Source of the DNA: Nageia nagi
Taxonomy: Eukaryota; Plantae; Pinophyta
Assembly (NCBI GenBank): GCA_050084985.1
Contig: JBITNC010000001.1
Span: forward strand, 203,794,001-203,858,000
Length of the DNA: 64,000 bases
Direction: 5' to 3'
Shown: piece by piece, positions 26,921 to 38,440 of the stretch
Layout: each line of letters begins with the position of its first letter
How positions within the stretch are numbered: position 1 is the stretch's first letter
Notes under the pieces: generated by a model
Told to the model about the DNA's origin: nothing
The model's database searches: none
The model's input: the letters and a program-made list of their open reading frames with translations, nothing else
Program-made: the position numbers and the translations under genes

Positions 26921-28507
26921 AGGGTGCATGAATTAGGGCACATGCTTTTTCATGTTCCATAGAACATGTGCCTTGAATTCTTATGCAAAAATGAAAGGAG
27001 AATGAAATGCACCTGGCAATGATGTATACTTAGCCAATTTCTTGGGTTTGGACTTGGGCGCACCGTTTAGGATGAGTCCTTGGAGCATTAGTGAGAAAGC
27101 ATGTGCATAGGTCAGTTTAGGTTAAGTCTTATCAAAAGATGTAAAATGAAGTATAGAAAATGGACCTTGAGGTCCAGCTTACCCTCTTCAAAAATGGCCA
27201 CTGGTAGTCTAGATGCCTTTCAAACCCTTATCTCTCCTAGGCACATCGATTGAGATGAGTCCTTAAGCATGTTTCAAAAAAGGTGTGACTGGAGGATTTG
27301 ATCCGAAATGAAGTGGAAAAATGACAAAGGGGTGACTTGATATATATACTTTTCAACTTGCCATGTGTCACCTTCTGATTGGGCTTAAATAAGGTCAAAT
27401 GATGGAGCTGGGATGATGGGCGCATCGATTAGAGGACGTGCAAAAGCATGTCCAAGAATGCATGCGCCAGCCAACTTGTACACCTTCAATAGTTAGTCAA
27501 TTTTCATCATGCTTGCAAGCTCTTGCAAATTGGTTGCATCTTTTGAGAGGGGTGCATAAGCATGTACCTAAAAACATGTGCCTGGCCCTCTTCCACTTGG
27601 ATTTTATACTTTGACTTAGTCAAATATGCTCCTCGCTAGGATGTCTGGAAATGGGTGCACCAATTTGGGTGAGTTCCTAAGCACACTCCAGAGACCATGC
27701 ACCTAGTTTGTGGCACACTTTCCAATGCAATGGATTAAAAATTATAAATTAATGAAAATGACCTTGAAATTTTCAATCCAGAACAGGGCGCATCGTTTGG
27801 GGGATGTGCTTTCTGGACTTAGCTATGCACAATGCTCCGAATTCAACCAAACAAACTGAATGCTGAGACTAAGCTTCCTTTTATAGACTTGCTGGGGTGG
27901 ATAGGTGTCATGCAATGATTGGTGTGTGTGAAGGTTCAGTGCATGTGGACACACTTGTCTTCTTCTCAATAAACGCCTAGGCCCAACACTTAGCCAATTT
28001 TATGTCTTGAAATAGGGCGCACTGATTTGGGGACATGCAAAAGCATGTACCTCAAAACATGTGCTTGGCCTTCCTTGAAATTTTTCCCCAAAAATGACTA
28101 ATTGTTGAGATACTTCTTCAGCCTGCGTGCATCGATTTGGGGACATGCAAAAGCATGTACCTCAAAACATGTGCTTGGTTCCTTTTTTACACTTCCGTGA
28201 AATTTTCTAAGTATTGAGGATATCTCTCCTTCCCTAGGTGCACCGTTTAGGGGATGCGCAAAAGCATGTCCCTCAAAAGTTGCACTCAAGTAGGAAAATG
28301 CAAACTTTCTTCCAAAATGACCAGAATGAACCTTGATAACATAATGCAAAAGAGGGTATGCAATTTCCACAAAATGACCAAGTGTAATGAGTCATGAATG
28401 ATGCAATTCAAGGCTGAAAATGCATGACTTAAGCCAAAATTATGTAGTATGAAGGAGGGGGCACGTGTTAGGGTACATTCAAAAGCATGTCCCTCAAAAT
28501 CTGCTCC
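26921..28507 (-). repeat. Array of ~11 palindromic ~50-bp repeats with non-repetitive spacers in unit B
   Basis: Plus-strand consensus about GGGCGCATCGATTTGGGGACATGC-AAAA-GCATGTMCCTCAAAACATGTGCC. Copies near 26921, 27056, 27239, 27418, 27531, 27652, 27785, 28015, 28125, 28236, 28457. Confidence 0.8.
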
Positions 28508-29789
28508 ATAGTTGAAATGACACAATTTCGACTTGTTTCTATCATGTGGTGCAAATTCGTCATATTTTCTTCTCTATCCTCTAAGATGCATGCATTTACT
28601 TAAAAAAAATTCCTTCATGCCTTTATGTTTCAGTACAATGAGGGTCCTTAAAAATGCAATTTTTTGGGAGGTGTTGTGCAGGCACAACAGGACTATGGTA
28701 TTTTTACCTTAGAGAAATAAAAAGACTCAATAATATCTATATAAATTTCTATATCAAGGAACCATTCCAAGAAAGAAGAAAATTGTTAACAAATGGGCAC
28801 TAAGCGAAGGGTTAAACATCATGACCATAAGAGCAAGGCATCATAACAAATGCATAAATGCAAGACTAAAGATGAGGAATATGTATCAACTATTAGAGTG
28901 GTGTAACAAAAGTGTGGCAAACAAGGAAAATGTGTTGAAGGACTTCAAGGACAAGCCAAGATTTAGGAATTTGAAATAACTTGGAAGAATATCATACGAC
29001 TTGAGAATGTGATATGGTAATTTAAAGCAATCTCAAGGATTCTAAAAAAGTGGATGGACTGTGACAAGCTATCAAAGAACGATGTTCGTGATCAAGTTCA
29101 TAGCATGAAAGCATCACAATATTTTGAAGACTTCGAGAGATATAAAAGCTCCAAGGACAAAGCTTTTGAAAAGGGAATGGTATGTAATGACCCCTTATTT
29201 GGCATACATTGGTGACATATTGACATCCTTATGTGGGCTCAAACGATTATTAGAAATAATATCATATAAATAGAAGCAAATGTAATTCTCATCATCATCA
29301 TTTTATTTGGAGATGATACTACATACTATTTCTTCTAATCTTGTAATTCATACTACATAATTTTGGGTTAAATCATTCAAATGATGATGATGAAAATGCA
29401 TGACTTAACCCAAAATTGTGTAATTTTTATCATCATCATATCTTATTTGCTTAATCACAATATTTGGAGACCTTCCCTCTCGAAGTGGCTATCATCTTTG
29501 GACTTCTGTACTTTGGTATTCTTAGTACGACTACCATGAATTATTCTTTGATTGATATTTATGGTGATATATTTCTTCTATCACTCTTCAATTCTGTTAT
29601 TTTGAGATAATATTCTGTTATTTATCATTGGGTTCATTAAATCTCTACTCTTGAATATCATTCTATTTCTTTCAAGTCACATATTTGAGCATACAATGTC
29701 ATGCAGCTTCACATTTTTTTCAATCTCCTCACTCTTGAATGTCACCTCCTATTGCGTGATACAATTCATTAATTTTCCATTTACAATCA

Positions 29790-32350
29790 GATGCATTTCA
29801 AAATTTTCGATAATCCACTGCCATATATCTAATGAAAATTGACAATGTAGTAAGAGATGATCCACAGTCTCCCTCCTTTTTGCAAAGGCCACACCTCAAT
29901 ACACCACAACTTCCTCCTTTGATCAGGTTGTCCCAAGATAATATTTTCCTTTGACAAACCTGCCACAAAAACATTTTGACCTTAGCTAGGCCCTTGCCTG
30001 GCAAGATATGATCCGAATGGTCTGATTAAACTATCTTTTGCTAGGATATTAGCTTGTAAACACTAGCAATTGTATTCTTCCCAAGGTAGATCTGTTTATA
30101 TCAGCTCATGTTCCTCTTTATTTGGGATAAACTGAAAAAATATCTTGCTCTTCATGTGTTCGTTTGCCATTTGGTCCCTAAATTCTTCAAAAACCTGATA
30201 AGGAAAACAAAGTTGCCTATGCCAAAATATGCCAAATATTCTTCCATGTTACTGAAATCATCGCAGTTAGACCAACAATAGCTCCATGCCATGAGAGGTA
30301 TGTGGAAAAGAGAATGTTATATTCTGTTTGAACTTAAGGATAAAAAAATTCTAGCATTTGTCCATCACCAAAAAACATGTCTACGACTTTTCTCTTTTCC
30401 GTAAATTGTACATAGATTATCTGAGATTCCCATTTGCCACAACTTACTTTTAATTATAAAGAATTAACCAAATAAAACACTTGTATTGAAACACATTCTG
30501 ACTTTCCAAATTGTATGATGTCGGTGATGATAAGACAATTCGGTATCATTGAGGCTTCCACAGTGATCAAGTCTTATTGCTGTTGTAGACATATATCTCA
30601 CAAATTTGTGCAAATCTTTGGTTGTTTAATTGAAAAAATTTCTTTCCATCACTCCATTACCATTCTCACTAGAATGGTTACAAACACTTATCATTTTTGA
30701 AAAGCTGAGACTCATGAATCTATATATACAACTCTTGTAGAATGGTTTTATCTATTCAGTTCAATATTTGAGTTCAATTTATGCCAAAAATCCCATTGTT
30801 GAGTATTCCTATTCCATATATCACCCCAAGCCAAAAGACTTCTTTGTGATAGTCCTTTTCCTTCATGAGAGGTTAAAAGGCCAAGTTGATTCAATGAATT
30901 GAAAAGTCTACATTAGCCTTGTAGTGAGATGACAAGCCTCTCTTGGTCTATGACATAACCAAGACAAAAATTTAGAGACAATTTGTGAAGAATTAGAATC
31001 CATTTTAATGGATTGGAATTGGAAACAGAAAAAGCTTCGAACTATTTAGAATACCAATTAGTTGGAAAGAGCCTCTTAACACCTTTAATATGACAAGTTG
31101 CACAAATACTGTTACAAAATTCAAGAAGAAGCTTGTTTGAATATGACTCTGTTTTCATTAACCAACAGAGGATTTGCAAGGGGTTTCTGTGGATAACATG
31201 AACAATCTATTGAAGAAATGTACTTGATTTAGTATATGAGATATTTAAACTACGAGAATACACACATCCCTTGCTCCAAAAAGCAATCCTTTTTTCCCTC
31301 CTCATTCACTTAAAAGAAAATGCCGGAGTATTTCTTCTAATCTTGTAGATGATACCATTGATGGAAATATACACAAAGATTATTAAAGATTATGGGTTGC
31401 TACTATCTTGTTTAGAACAGTAACTTTGCGATGTAGGAGAAGATCCATAGTATGCAATATGAAAGTCTCCTGTGAATAATTTTCCTAATATACCTCCACT
31501 ATTAAGGAATACACCCCTTAATGCCAAAAGGGATCCTTAGGTATCTAACAATGTTTCTACGTTCAATGATTTTCTGTGGAGGGTTTATCCTTTCTAAGGG
31601 TCTATTTTGCCAAGGGATCCTTAGGTATCTAATAGTGTCTCTTGGTTTCTTATGCAGTCAAGACTGAGAAGCCCAATTAAGGATGCTCAGCCTTGAAGCC
31701 CAAAACGCTCACACAAGATCAATAATGCCAAATATTGAGACCAGCCATAGAAATTAGCATAAACAATTTATATTAAGCTTGCCAATAGGCTTACACAATC
31801 AAAATATCTACATTAAAACAATAATCTATCCACCATAATGAGTTTTTTGATCTTCTCTCTTGAATCAGTTCATACATCTCACTCTAAATGAGCCTCTTGG
31901 CTGCAAATATCAGTTTTAGTGGCGAACATTCTTAAAAATGCTAGTCAAGCTTTTTGAGGGTTGAATTATTGAAATGGGAAATTGACAGTATTTTTAAAAT
32001 AAGAGAGAGGGTGGTTGGAGTTGGAAAATGACCATGGTAGGTAGAGAACGATGTTTTTTTAGATATATTTAGATAAAGTCAATATCTGGACTTTTTCATG
32101 CAATCATCTCTTCAAATGCTATTGCTGTTAAATGATAGTGCTCCAAGCTGTTTTGTCATGGATAGAAAAAGGCTTAACATTTGGTGTTGATTTGATTGCT
32201 ATTAAATCATAGCACTCTAGGTGGTCTGACATGAGTAGACAAACGTCTAAAGGTTGTGTTTTTATGGTTATTGGCATAATGGTCGGGTTGGTGACAAATT
32301 TTTGGTGTCTACACTTGTTAATGGGGTTCAGTCTCTTTTCCCTATTATGT
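29790..32350 (-). mobile_element. Decayed L1-clade LINE remnant
   Basis: zf-RVT-like KVKMFLWQVCQRKILSWDNLIKGG...RCGLCKKE (29798-30004), RT-thumb-like remnants ~31000-31180, and an endonuclease-end-like SDH...PF segment ~32130-32260. Confidence 0.7.
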
Positions 32351-32809
32351 GTCATTTACTTTGATATTCCCAACGAGTTGGTCAAGCATTTGTTGTTTGG
32401 GGACCTGTAACTGATTTTGTCAAGTGAAAATGACAAAATCTAGCCAAGGAGAGTTGTGAAATTCATTTGTGCTCAAGTGTAGGAGTTAATGACAGTGTCT
32501 CTTAATCAACTTGCATTTACTAGTATGTAAGTAGAAGGAATACCCAAGTCAATGCTGTAATTGTAGACACTTTTGCTTGAAACTAATGGAGGCTTGTCCT
32601 GTATTTCAGAAGAGGATGTTATCTATGATAGAAATAGTTACTCTATCAGGTTAGAAACTAATAGAGGCTTGTCCTGTATTTAAAATGCAGGTACTATGTA
32701 TGTAGTCAATGATGTTAGAAACTAATGGATTCTTGTCCTACGTGTCAAATGATACAATAATATTCAGTTAAACAACATGGATTTAAATAAGGAGAACTCG
32801 TTACATTCA

Positions 32810-33822
32810 GGTTACTTGGGTCTCTCCTCTAGAGCTTCTCAACTCTAAGTTGGCTTTCTACACCAAACATTTCCTCCATATTACGAATGGTATCATCTTC
32901 TTTGCCACTTGTCTTCAACACCATTGGTCCCATGGCTTGAGGATTCTCCTTGGCCAATTGTGAGTTTGTTCCCATTAGCTCCATGTTGAGACAAATTACC
33001 ATATTCCTCAATCTGCTAGGACTTGTCGACTTTTCTCTCTACAAGGGGTAGAGAATGAGGAGCACTTGATATTTTGCTGCCCTACATATTATGAGATCTG
33101 GGAATGATATCATTGCCTATATAGGGAGTCTGGAGGATCACTGTCTACTTTCTTCAGTTATCCCAACAAGAGATGCTTGGCCGTCTTCCTACGAGAGGTC
33201 ACTATCTTTAGGCGTAGCGCTCTATAGCGATCGACAAAGATCCTCAGACCACTAGGCTGATCAGCTCCTTTTTCCAGCCAACTTCAGACTTTGCAGGCAG
33301 GAAACATCCCTCAGATAGCACCGTTCAGCATGCCCATGGAGACAAATTGACTTGACGCTGCCTAGCCTCATAGACAGTTACCAATCTTCCCCCACTTGGG
33401 CAACAATTATATATCACCAACTTTCTTTCTTCTACAGACGATTCCTCGGCCTTGGATGCTAGGAAAGATTCTTGAGATATCTCTCTCTTGACTCTTCCAG
33501 TTCAAGACACTCTTGCTTAAGGTGATCAAATCCGCCATTGGATCCATCATTTATGATAGACGATGATGATGATCACGTATCCTTGACCTCGTAATGGACA
33601 TGACCGTCTACTGCTCGTGGTTTTCCACCCAATAGGCATTTCTCCCACAAATGCTCTTCGACCTTTCTTTGTGATTCCACTCTAGATTATATTTGTTTTA
33701 TAGCACTTTGTTATTCCCTAGGGTCTCTAACCCTAGTACTTTCTTTTTTTTCATTGGATTGTACTGTTGAGTCCCATTGACCTATTTTTGATCACTTGTG
33801 GACATTAATATCTATTCTATCT
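32810..33822 (+). mobile_element. 5'-truncated RTE/RTEX-like LINE 3' end
   Basis: ~32930-33130 reads LGQL*VCSH*LHVETNYHIPQSARTCRLFSLQGVENEEHLIFCCPTYYEI, matching the SHxLxIET...CxxC...ExExHxxxxCxxY C-terminal motif. Short (TCTAT)n-like tail ~33808-33822. Confidence 0.6.
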
Positions 33823-34271
33823 CCTGTTTTATCTCTGCCATGTTGGTATATTATCTAGCTTATGTTATGTGCTTTTGTCTTTTTAATGGGTTTCTGTTTG
33901 TTTTCCCAACTGGGTGCCCGTTGTCTTGGTATTTTGAAAGATAGAGGTCAAGCATTTGTTGTTTAGTGGTTTGTAACACATTCCGTCTCGGTGAAAATAA
34001 CAAACGATAGTAAAGAAGAGTTCTGAACTTTATATGTGCTTACTATACAAATTCATGGAAGTGTCTCTTTGTCAGCTTGCATTTTAGAATGTAAAAATAG
34101 CTAGTGCAATGCAAGAGATAAGTTTTTGGAGTATCCTTAGGTAAATTTGAATTTTCAAGTAATTTTATACCATTTAGGGATTAGTATCATTACAGGATGC
34201 TGAAAAGTGTGTCTGTTATGTATGACTTCCCTGTGGTATCGTTTCTTTTTACACTCTTGAAATTTATGCAG

Positions 34272-34350
34272 GCTGTGTTGATTGAAGAAACTATCAATCC
34301 TGGATTGCGTGTGACTGTTGCAATGGGATCTAATAAGAGTTTGAAGGCTG
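34272..34350 (+). CDS. SPOUT1: SPOUT1/C9orf114-like exon; AVLIEETINPGLRVTVAMGSNKSLKA(D)
   Basis: tttatgcag|GCT ... GCTG|gtagga. Phase 0 to phase 1, matching both neighbours. PGxRVTVxMG motif of the family. Confidence 0.92.
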
Positions 34351-35002
34351 GTAGGATAATGTTTGTAGGTTTTTTTCTTGAAAAATATTCTCTTGCTGTT
34401 TTCTAACATAATTATCAGTTTTATGTGGATAAAGTCCCACAAATGAATAATTTTATGGTTTTAGATGTTGGGGTTGATTGACATAAAGACTTTAAAGATC
34501 AGTATTAGTCTGTTATATTTCTATATCATTGTTTGCTTTTCAATTGCTTGCTTGTTAACTTGATGTATTTTATTCTTTTAACTGTTTCACGTAATGTTGA
34601 AATTTCAGAAGATAAATTCAGAAATATAAAATCATACAAATCTGAACCAACAAGTGTAGCTTAAAACTTCAAAAATAGGAACTCAAAAACATGCTAACTA
34701 ACTTCTATAAAAAAAAGACTTCTGGAGTAGAAACCAGCAACCTATAGATGAGAAAAATTCCACAAATGTAGAAAAACTGGCAAGTATTGATAGCAGAAAA
34801 AACAGTGTTAAGAACAAATTTCTATGGAGACAAATCTGTAAAAATATAAATTCAAAAACTAGTACACTTGAGAGTGCCTTGGCTGAATTCTTGGGCAAGA
34901 AAAATCTCTTCTGTCTTTTCTAAAACTTTAATTACAATAGAGCAAGCATGCTCTTATATAGAGAAAAAATAAATTCTATCTTTAGATAACATACAACTTT
35001 GT

Positions 35003-35160
35003 GACTCACCCATCAGTGAGTAGTACATAGATACGACTCACCTGACTGTGCGAAGTAAATACATACAACTCATCCAGCCGTGAGCAGTAAATACTTAATA
35101 GATACAACTCACTTAACTGTTGGTGGTAAATATATACAAATCAACCAACTGTGAGTAGCG
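35003..35160. repeat. ~31-33 bp tandem repeat (about 5 copies) with ACTCAC...GTGAG hairpin core, inside the Copia LTR
   Basis: GACTCACCCATCAGTGAGTAG, ACTCACCTGACTGTG, ACTCATCCAGCCGTGAGCAG and similar. Confidence 0.7.
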
Positions 35161-36393
35161 ATTAAAACATTGTATCACACAAAATTTGGCTTAGTATTGG
35201 CATAAATGTGACGTCCACTTTTGCAAAATGTAATTAATTCTGGAATCCAACTGATTCCCCTTCTGTGCATATTTACTTATGTTTTATTAGTTAGTACTTG
35301 GGATAGAAGATTAAATGGGTCATAGGACTCCACTGTGATCCCCAAGGGGACGATTCCTTCCCAAGTGTAGATTAGAGTGTTTTAATGTACTTGGAGATCC
35401 CGATACATGATTGTGGGAATCCCAAGGTCTATTTAGTATTTAGTGGATGGATGAGCACTTAATGGCCCTAACATTGAGATTGGGAGCATTTGTACACATG
35501 CGCCAGCTTTAGGGAGACTTCTAGATCCCCACGTTGGCCCATGACACCCACATTCCCCCCTAGATGCCCACACATGTCTCCTAGATCCACACATGCATTC
35601 TTGGACCCACATGGAGCATGAGGGAGGCCCAGATACCCACGTTGGACCTGGAATGACTCCTAGTTGCCAATGTTGGGGCTTGAGCGGACTGGGTGATGTG
35701 ATTGAGGTGTAATCCAAATCCAGGAAAGCTATATTAGCCCTTGAGCCTCATTTGCTAGATATGTTGAATTGTTGATTATTGCTTATACTGTTCGGTGGAC
35801 ATAAGTCTTAGTGCAACGCTAAGCAAGATCCCTAGGTGTAGCATCTAGGAGGATTAGTAGGTTGGGATCCTGTTAGTCTATGGCTTTGGTGTAGCACTCT
35901 AGCCCATCTGCTGGTATTCCGAGGTTGAGCTTCTACCTTCAGTGGTTGACAGGATTTGAGGAGGGCTCCTTCAGTGGAGAGAAATTAGGTTCTGAGGGAG
36001 CAAGATTGTCCCATTCACCATTCGTCCATCCAGCAGTGAGAGACACATGTTGTGCCTAAGTTGGCCTCTTGGAGGGCAACGTCCAGCCCTGGGGGCTTGG
36101 TATTGTATCTTTGACCATCATTTATCTTGCATACAATTGTTGGGCACTTGTATCGCCATATTTGTCTTGTGTATGCTTTACTATTGCAACAGTGTGTTGT
36201 GATTGTTCATTCTTGCATATTGTAGCCATATGTTGGCATTGTGAGCTTGTATTTATTGATATCTGCTAGTCTTGTCCAGACGTTGGCAATATAGTATTGT
36301 TTATGCTTAATCTAGATGCCCTAGGTTAGACATTGGACCATACTTGTGTATTTTGAGCTATTTGCACTTGATTTTGTAATTGGATCTTTACAA

Positions 36394-36405
36394 TGGTATC
36401 AGAGC
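36394..36405 (+). promoter_or_regulatory. Primer-binding site (tRNA-iMet) of element D
   Basis: TGGTATCAGAGC one base after the LTR-terminal CA. Confidence 0.9.
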
Positions 36406-38440
36406 TTATATTTGGCCAGCCTTTGTGGTCAAGATATAGCCATAGACCAATTGAACTGGTGGATTAGGAGGCTTTGCATTTAAAAGTCATTTTCGGGGTC
36501 AAAACGATAGTTTTTTCGGAAGGATCTGAATTCCTACACTAAGTCGTCTAGGGTTTGGAAAATATATTTTCAGATCTGAAGGCAGGTATAAAAATTCTTG
36601 ATCTATTATCATGACTAGTTAGAAATATTTAACATGAAGATTTCAAATTTTGTGCTAGGTTTTTTTGAAGGTTCAACCAGATCTGCATGCTGCATGAAAC
36701 AATTAGAAATGGCACCAATAGAAAAAGATATTCCAGCGAGATCTATATTCCGCATAAAGAAATCATAATTCGGAAAAATTTTAGTGAAGAATTTGGTCAC
36801 CGAGCTAGTCGAGAAAAGTGTTCCTCACAATGAAACAAATAAACTATTATGGCATCTTATTATGTATTATGAAAGAGAAAGATGGAAGAAGAAAGGACTC
36901 ATAGGGAGTAAGGAGGAATCTCAAATTCCACCCCCACGACCATGGCCATACGAAATGCCACTAAGGATAAAGCTTCAACCCCAAATCTATCAAGGGAGTT
37001 GCAACAAATTTAGGGAACAAATAAGTTTTCAGCTTTATTTGGGTCTCTTGGGTCAAGGGGCATATGAGTTGGCGAAGGAGTTTGGGGAGACTTGGGAAGG
37101 TAATGAGGAGGCTAGGTCTAGCCCTACGGCCAAGATGGAGGCATCACCAATTGCTTGGAAAGAGAATGCACACTCTCTACAACATCCTTTGCATCATTGT
37201 CAGACTTGGATCAGTCATGTTGACACCCAAAAAGGTATGAAAGTAATTCTGATTTTTATGACAATAATTCAGAAATTTTGCATGGTGTTGTTGAAAGTAA
37301 TAACATTGGGAAGAAAGAGGAAAGAGCCATTGATGTTGCAAATTTGGTTTCCGGAAATAGTAATGAGGAAAATGAAGATGGCTTTGAGCATGGAGGAAGA
37401 TAAAGATTGCGAAGAGGAGAATGCTATTTCAGATCTTGGAAACTCAAAAATCATTGGCCAAGGAATTGCACCACTACATGAGGTATGTCTAGTAGAGCTT
37501 CAAAATGGTTCCTTTCAAGTACACTTGCTTACATATGATGGGAAAGAGCATGTGAATATTGGATTTTCCAGATTAGCTTGTGAAAACATCCACACTAGTT
37601 TCATGTCTTTGATTTTGAAGCGTATTGTATGGGAAATATCAATTCTTCATGTTAATCACAATACCTTTTTAGTTCCTTAGGATTCGGGTGTTTGGGTACC
37701 CAAGTATGATGAGGATATGAAAGAAGACTTCTTTTTTACAGTACCAACTTACAAGAAAAATATGACAACATTGTATGAGGATGTGGGATCATTTCTCACC
37801 CTTGGAGTGAGATCCATGAGTTTAGACTCTTGGAGGGATTTAGCACCATGGATCCATAGTGATCTAAGTTTAGAAAATGGGCATCTTGCCTTGGGAAGGT
37901 ATGACTTGTTCTTCAATTTTGTTTTGATGGTTACTAATATATTTTTTTGCATGAACAAAACTGCATGCAAAAGAAAAGAAAGATTGTTGTTAGCTACAAC
38001 TCTTGCACACCAATTGGAGGTGGTTTGGAATCCAAGATTGGATGTCCAGACTTGCTGATTTTTATGACAGAGCTGTACATGCATATTTGTCAGCTACATT
38101 GTCAAGAAGTGGTGCCTCAAAAGAAAATAAAATGGCTGTCTTTTTGAGAAGGAAGTTCGTGGTTGATGGGATGATTATTAGCTCACATTATTGCTTCAGA
38201 TTGTGCATTTTGAGGGAAGCATTAGTGACTCAGTTTTGCGGCAGACCTGTGTCACCTTTATTGGCTGAACTTGGATGGCCAGTAGGAGCTGTTTTACATA
38301 TGCCGTGGATTGCATACGTTGGTGCATTGGCTGTTGCTAATATCTTCACTGTTCTTGCATCCTTTTATAGCAATTTTGAAGGAAACGTCCAAGCATGGAG
38401 ATCATATTGTTTGTTGGTAATAGTAGAATTGTTATTGCAT

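Larger units (their letters stand above)
13214..28689 (-). mobile_element. Unit B: complete gene-bearing giant solo-LTR-like unit (~7.06 kb after removing nested inserts)
   Basis: On the minus strand it starts TGTTGTGCCTGCACAACACCTCC (28689) and ends ...AAAAACATACCAACA (13214). Perfect TSD GGACT (13209-13213 / 28690-28694). No internal LTR pair, PBS, gag or pol. Contains S3, S4 and unit C. Confidence 0.88.
11330..29790 (+). mobile_element. Old decayed LTR-element remnant (11330-13213 plus 28690-~29790) split by unit B
   Basis: Decayed coding-like sequence on both sides of the GGACT TSD. PPT-like GAAAAGGGAATGGTA precedes TGTAATGACCCC (~29183), a likely 3' LTR start. Outer boundaries approximate. 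Confidence 0.35.

Noticed and set aside
34197-34406. 69-aa ORF-track protein MLKSVSVMYD...
   Set aside because: Only 34272-34350 is a real exon; the rest is intron read-through.
36784-37680. Longest ORF in the window (298 aa) as a host gene
   Set aside because: It lies just after the PBS inside LTR element D and has no recognisable domain or exon structure. Treated as TE cargo.
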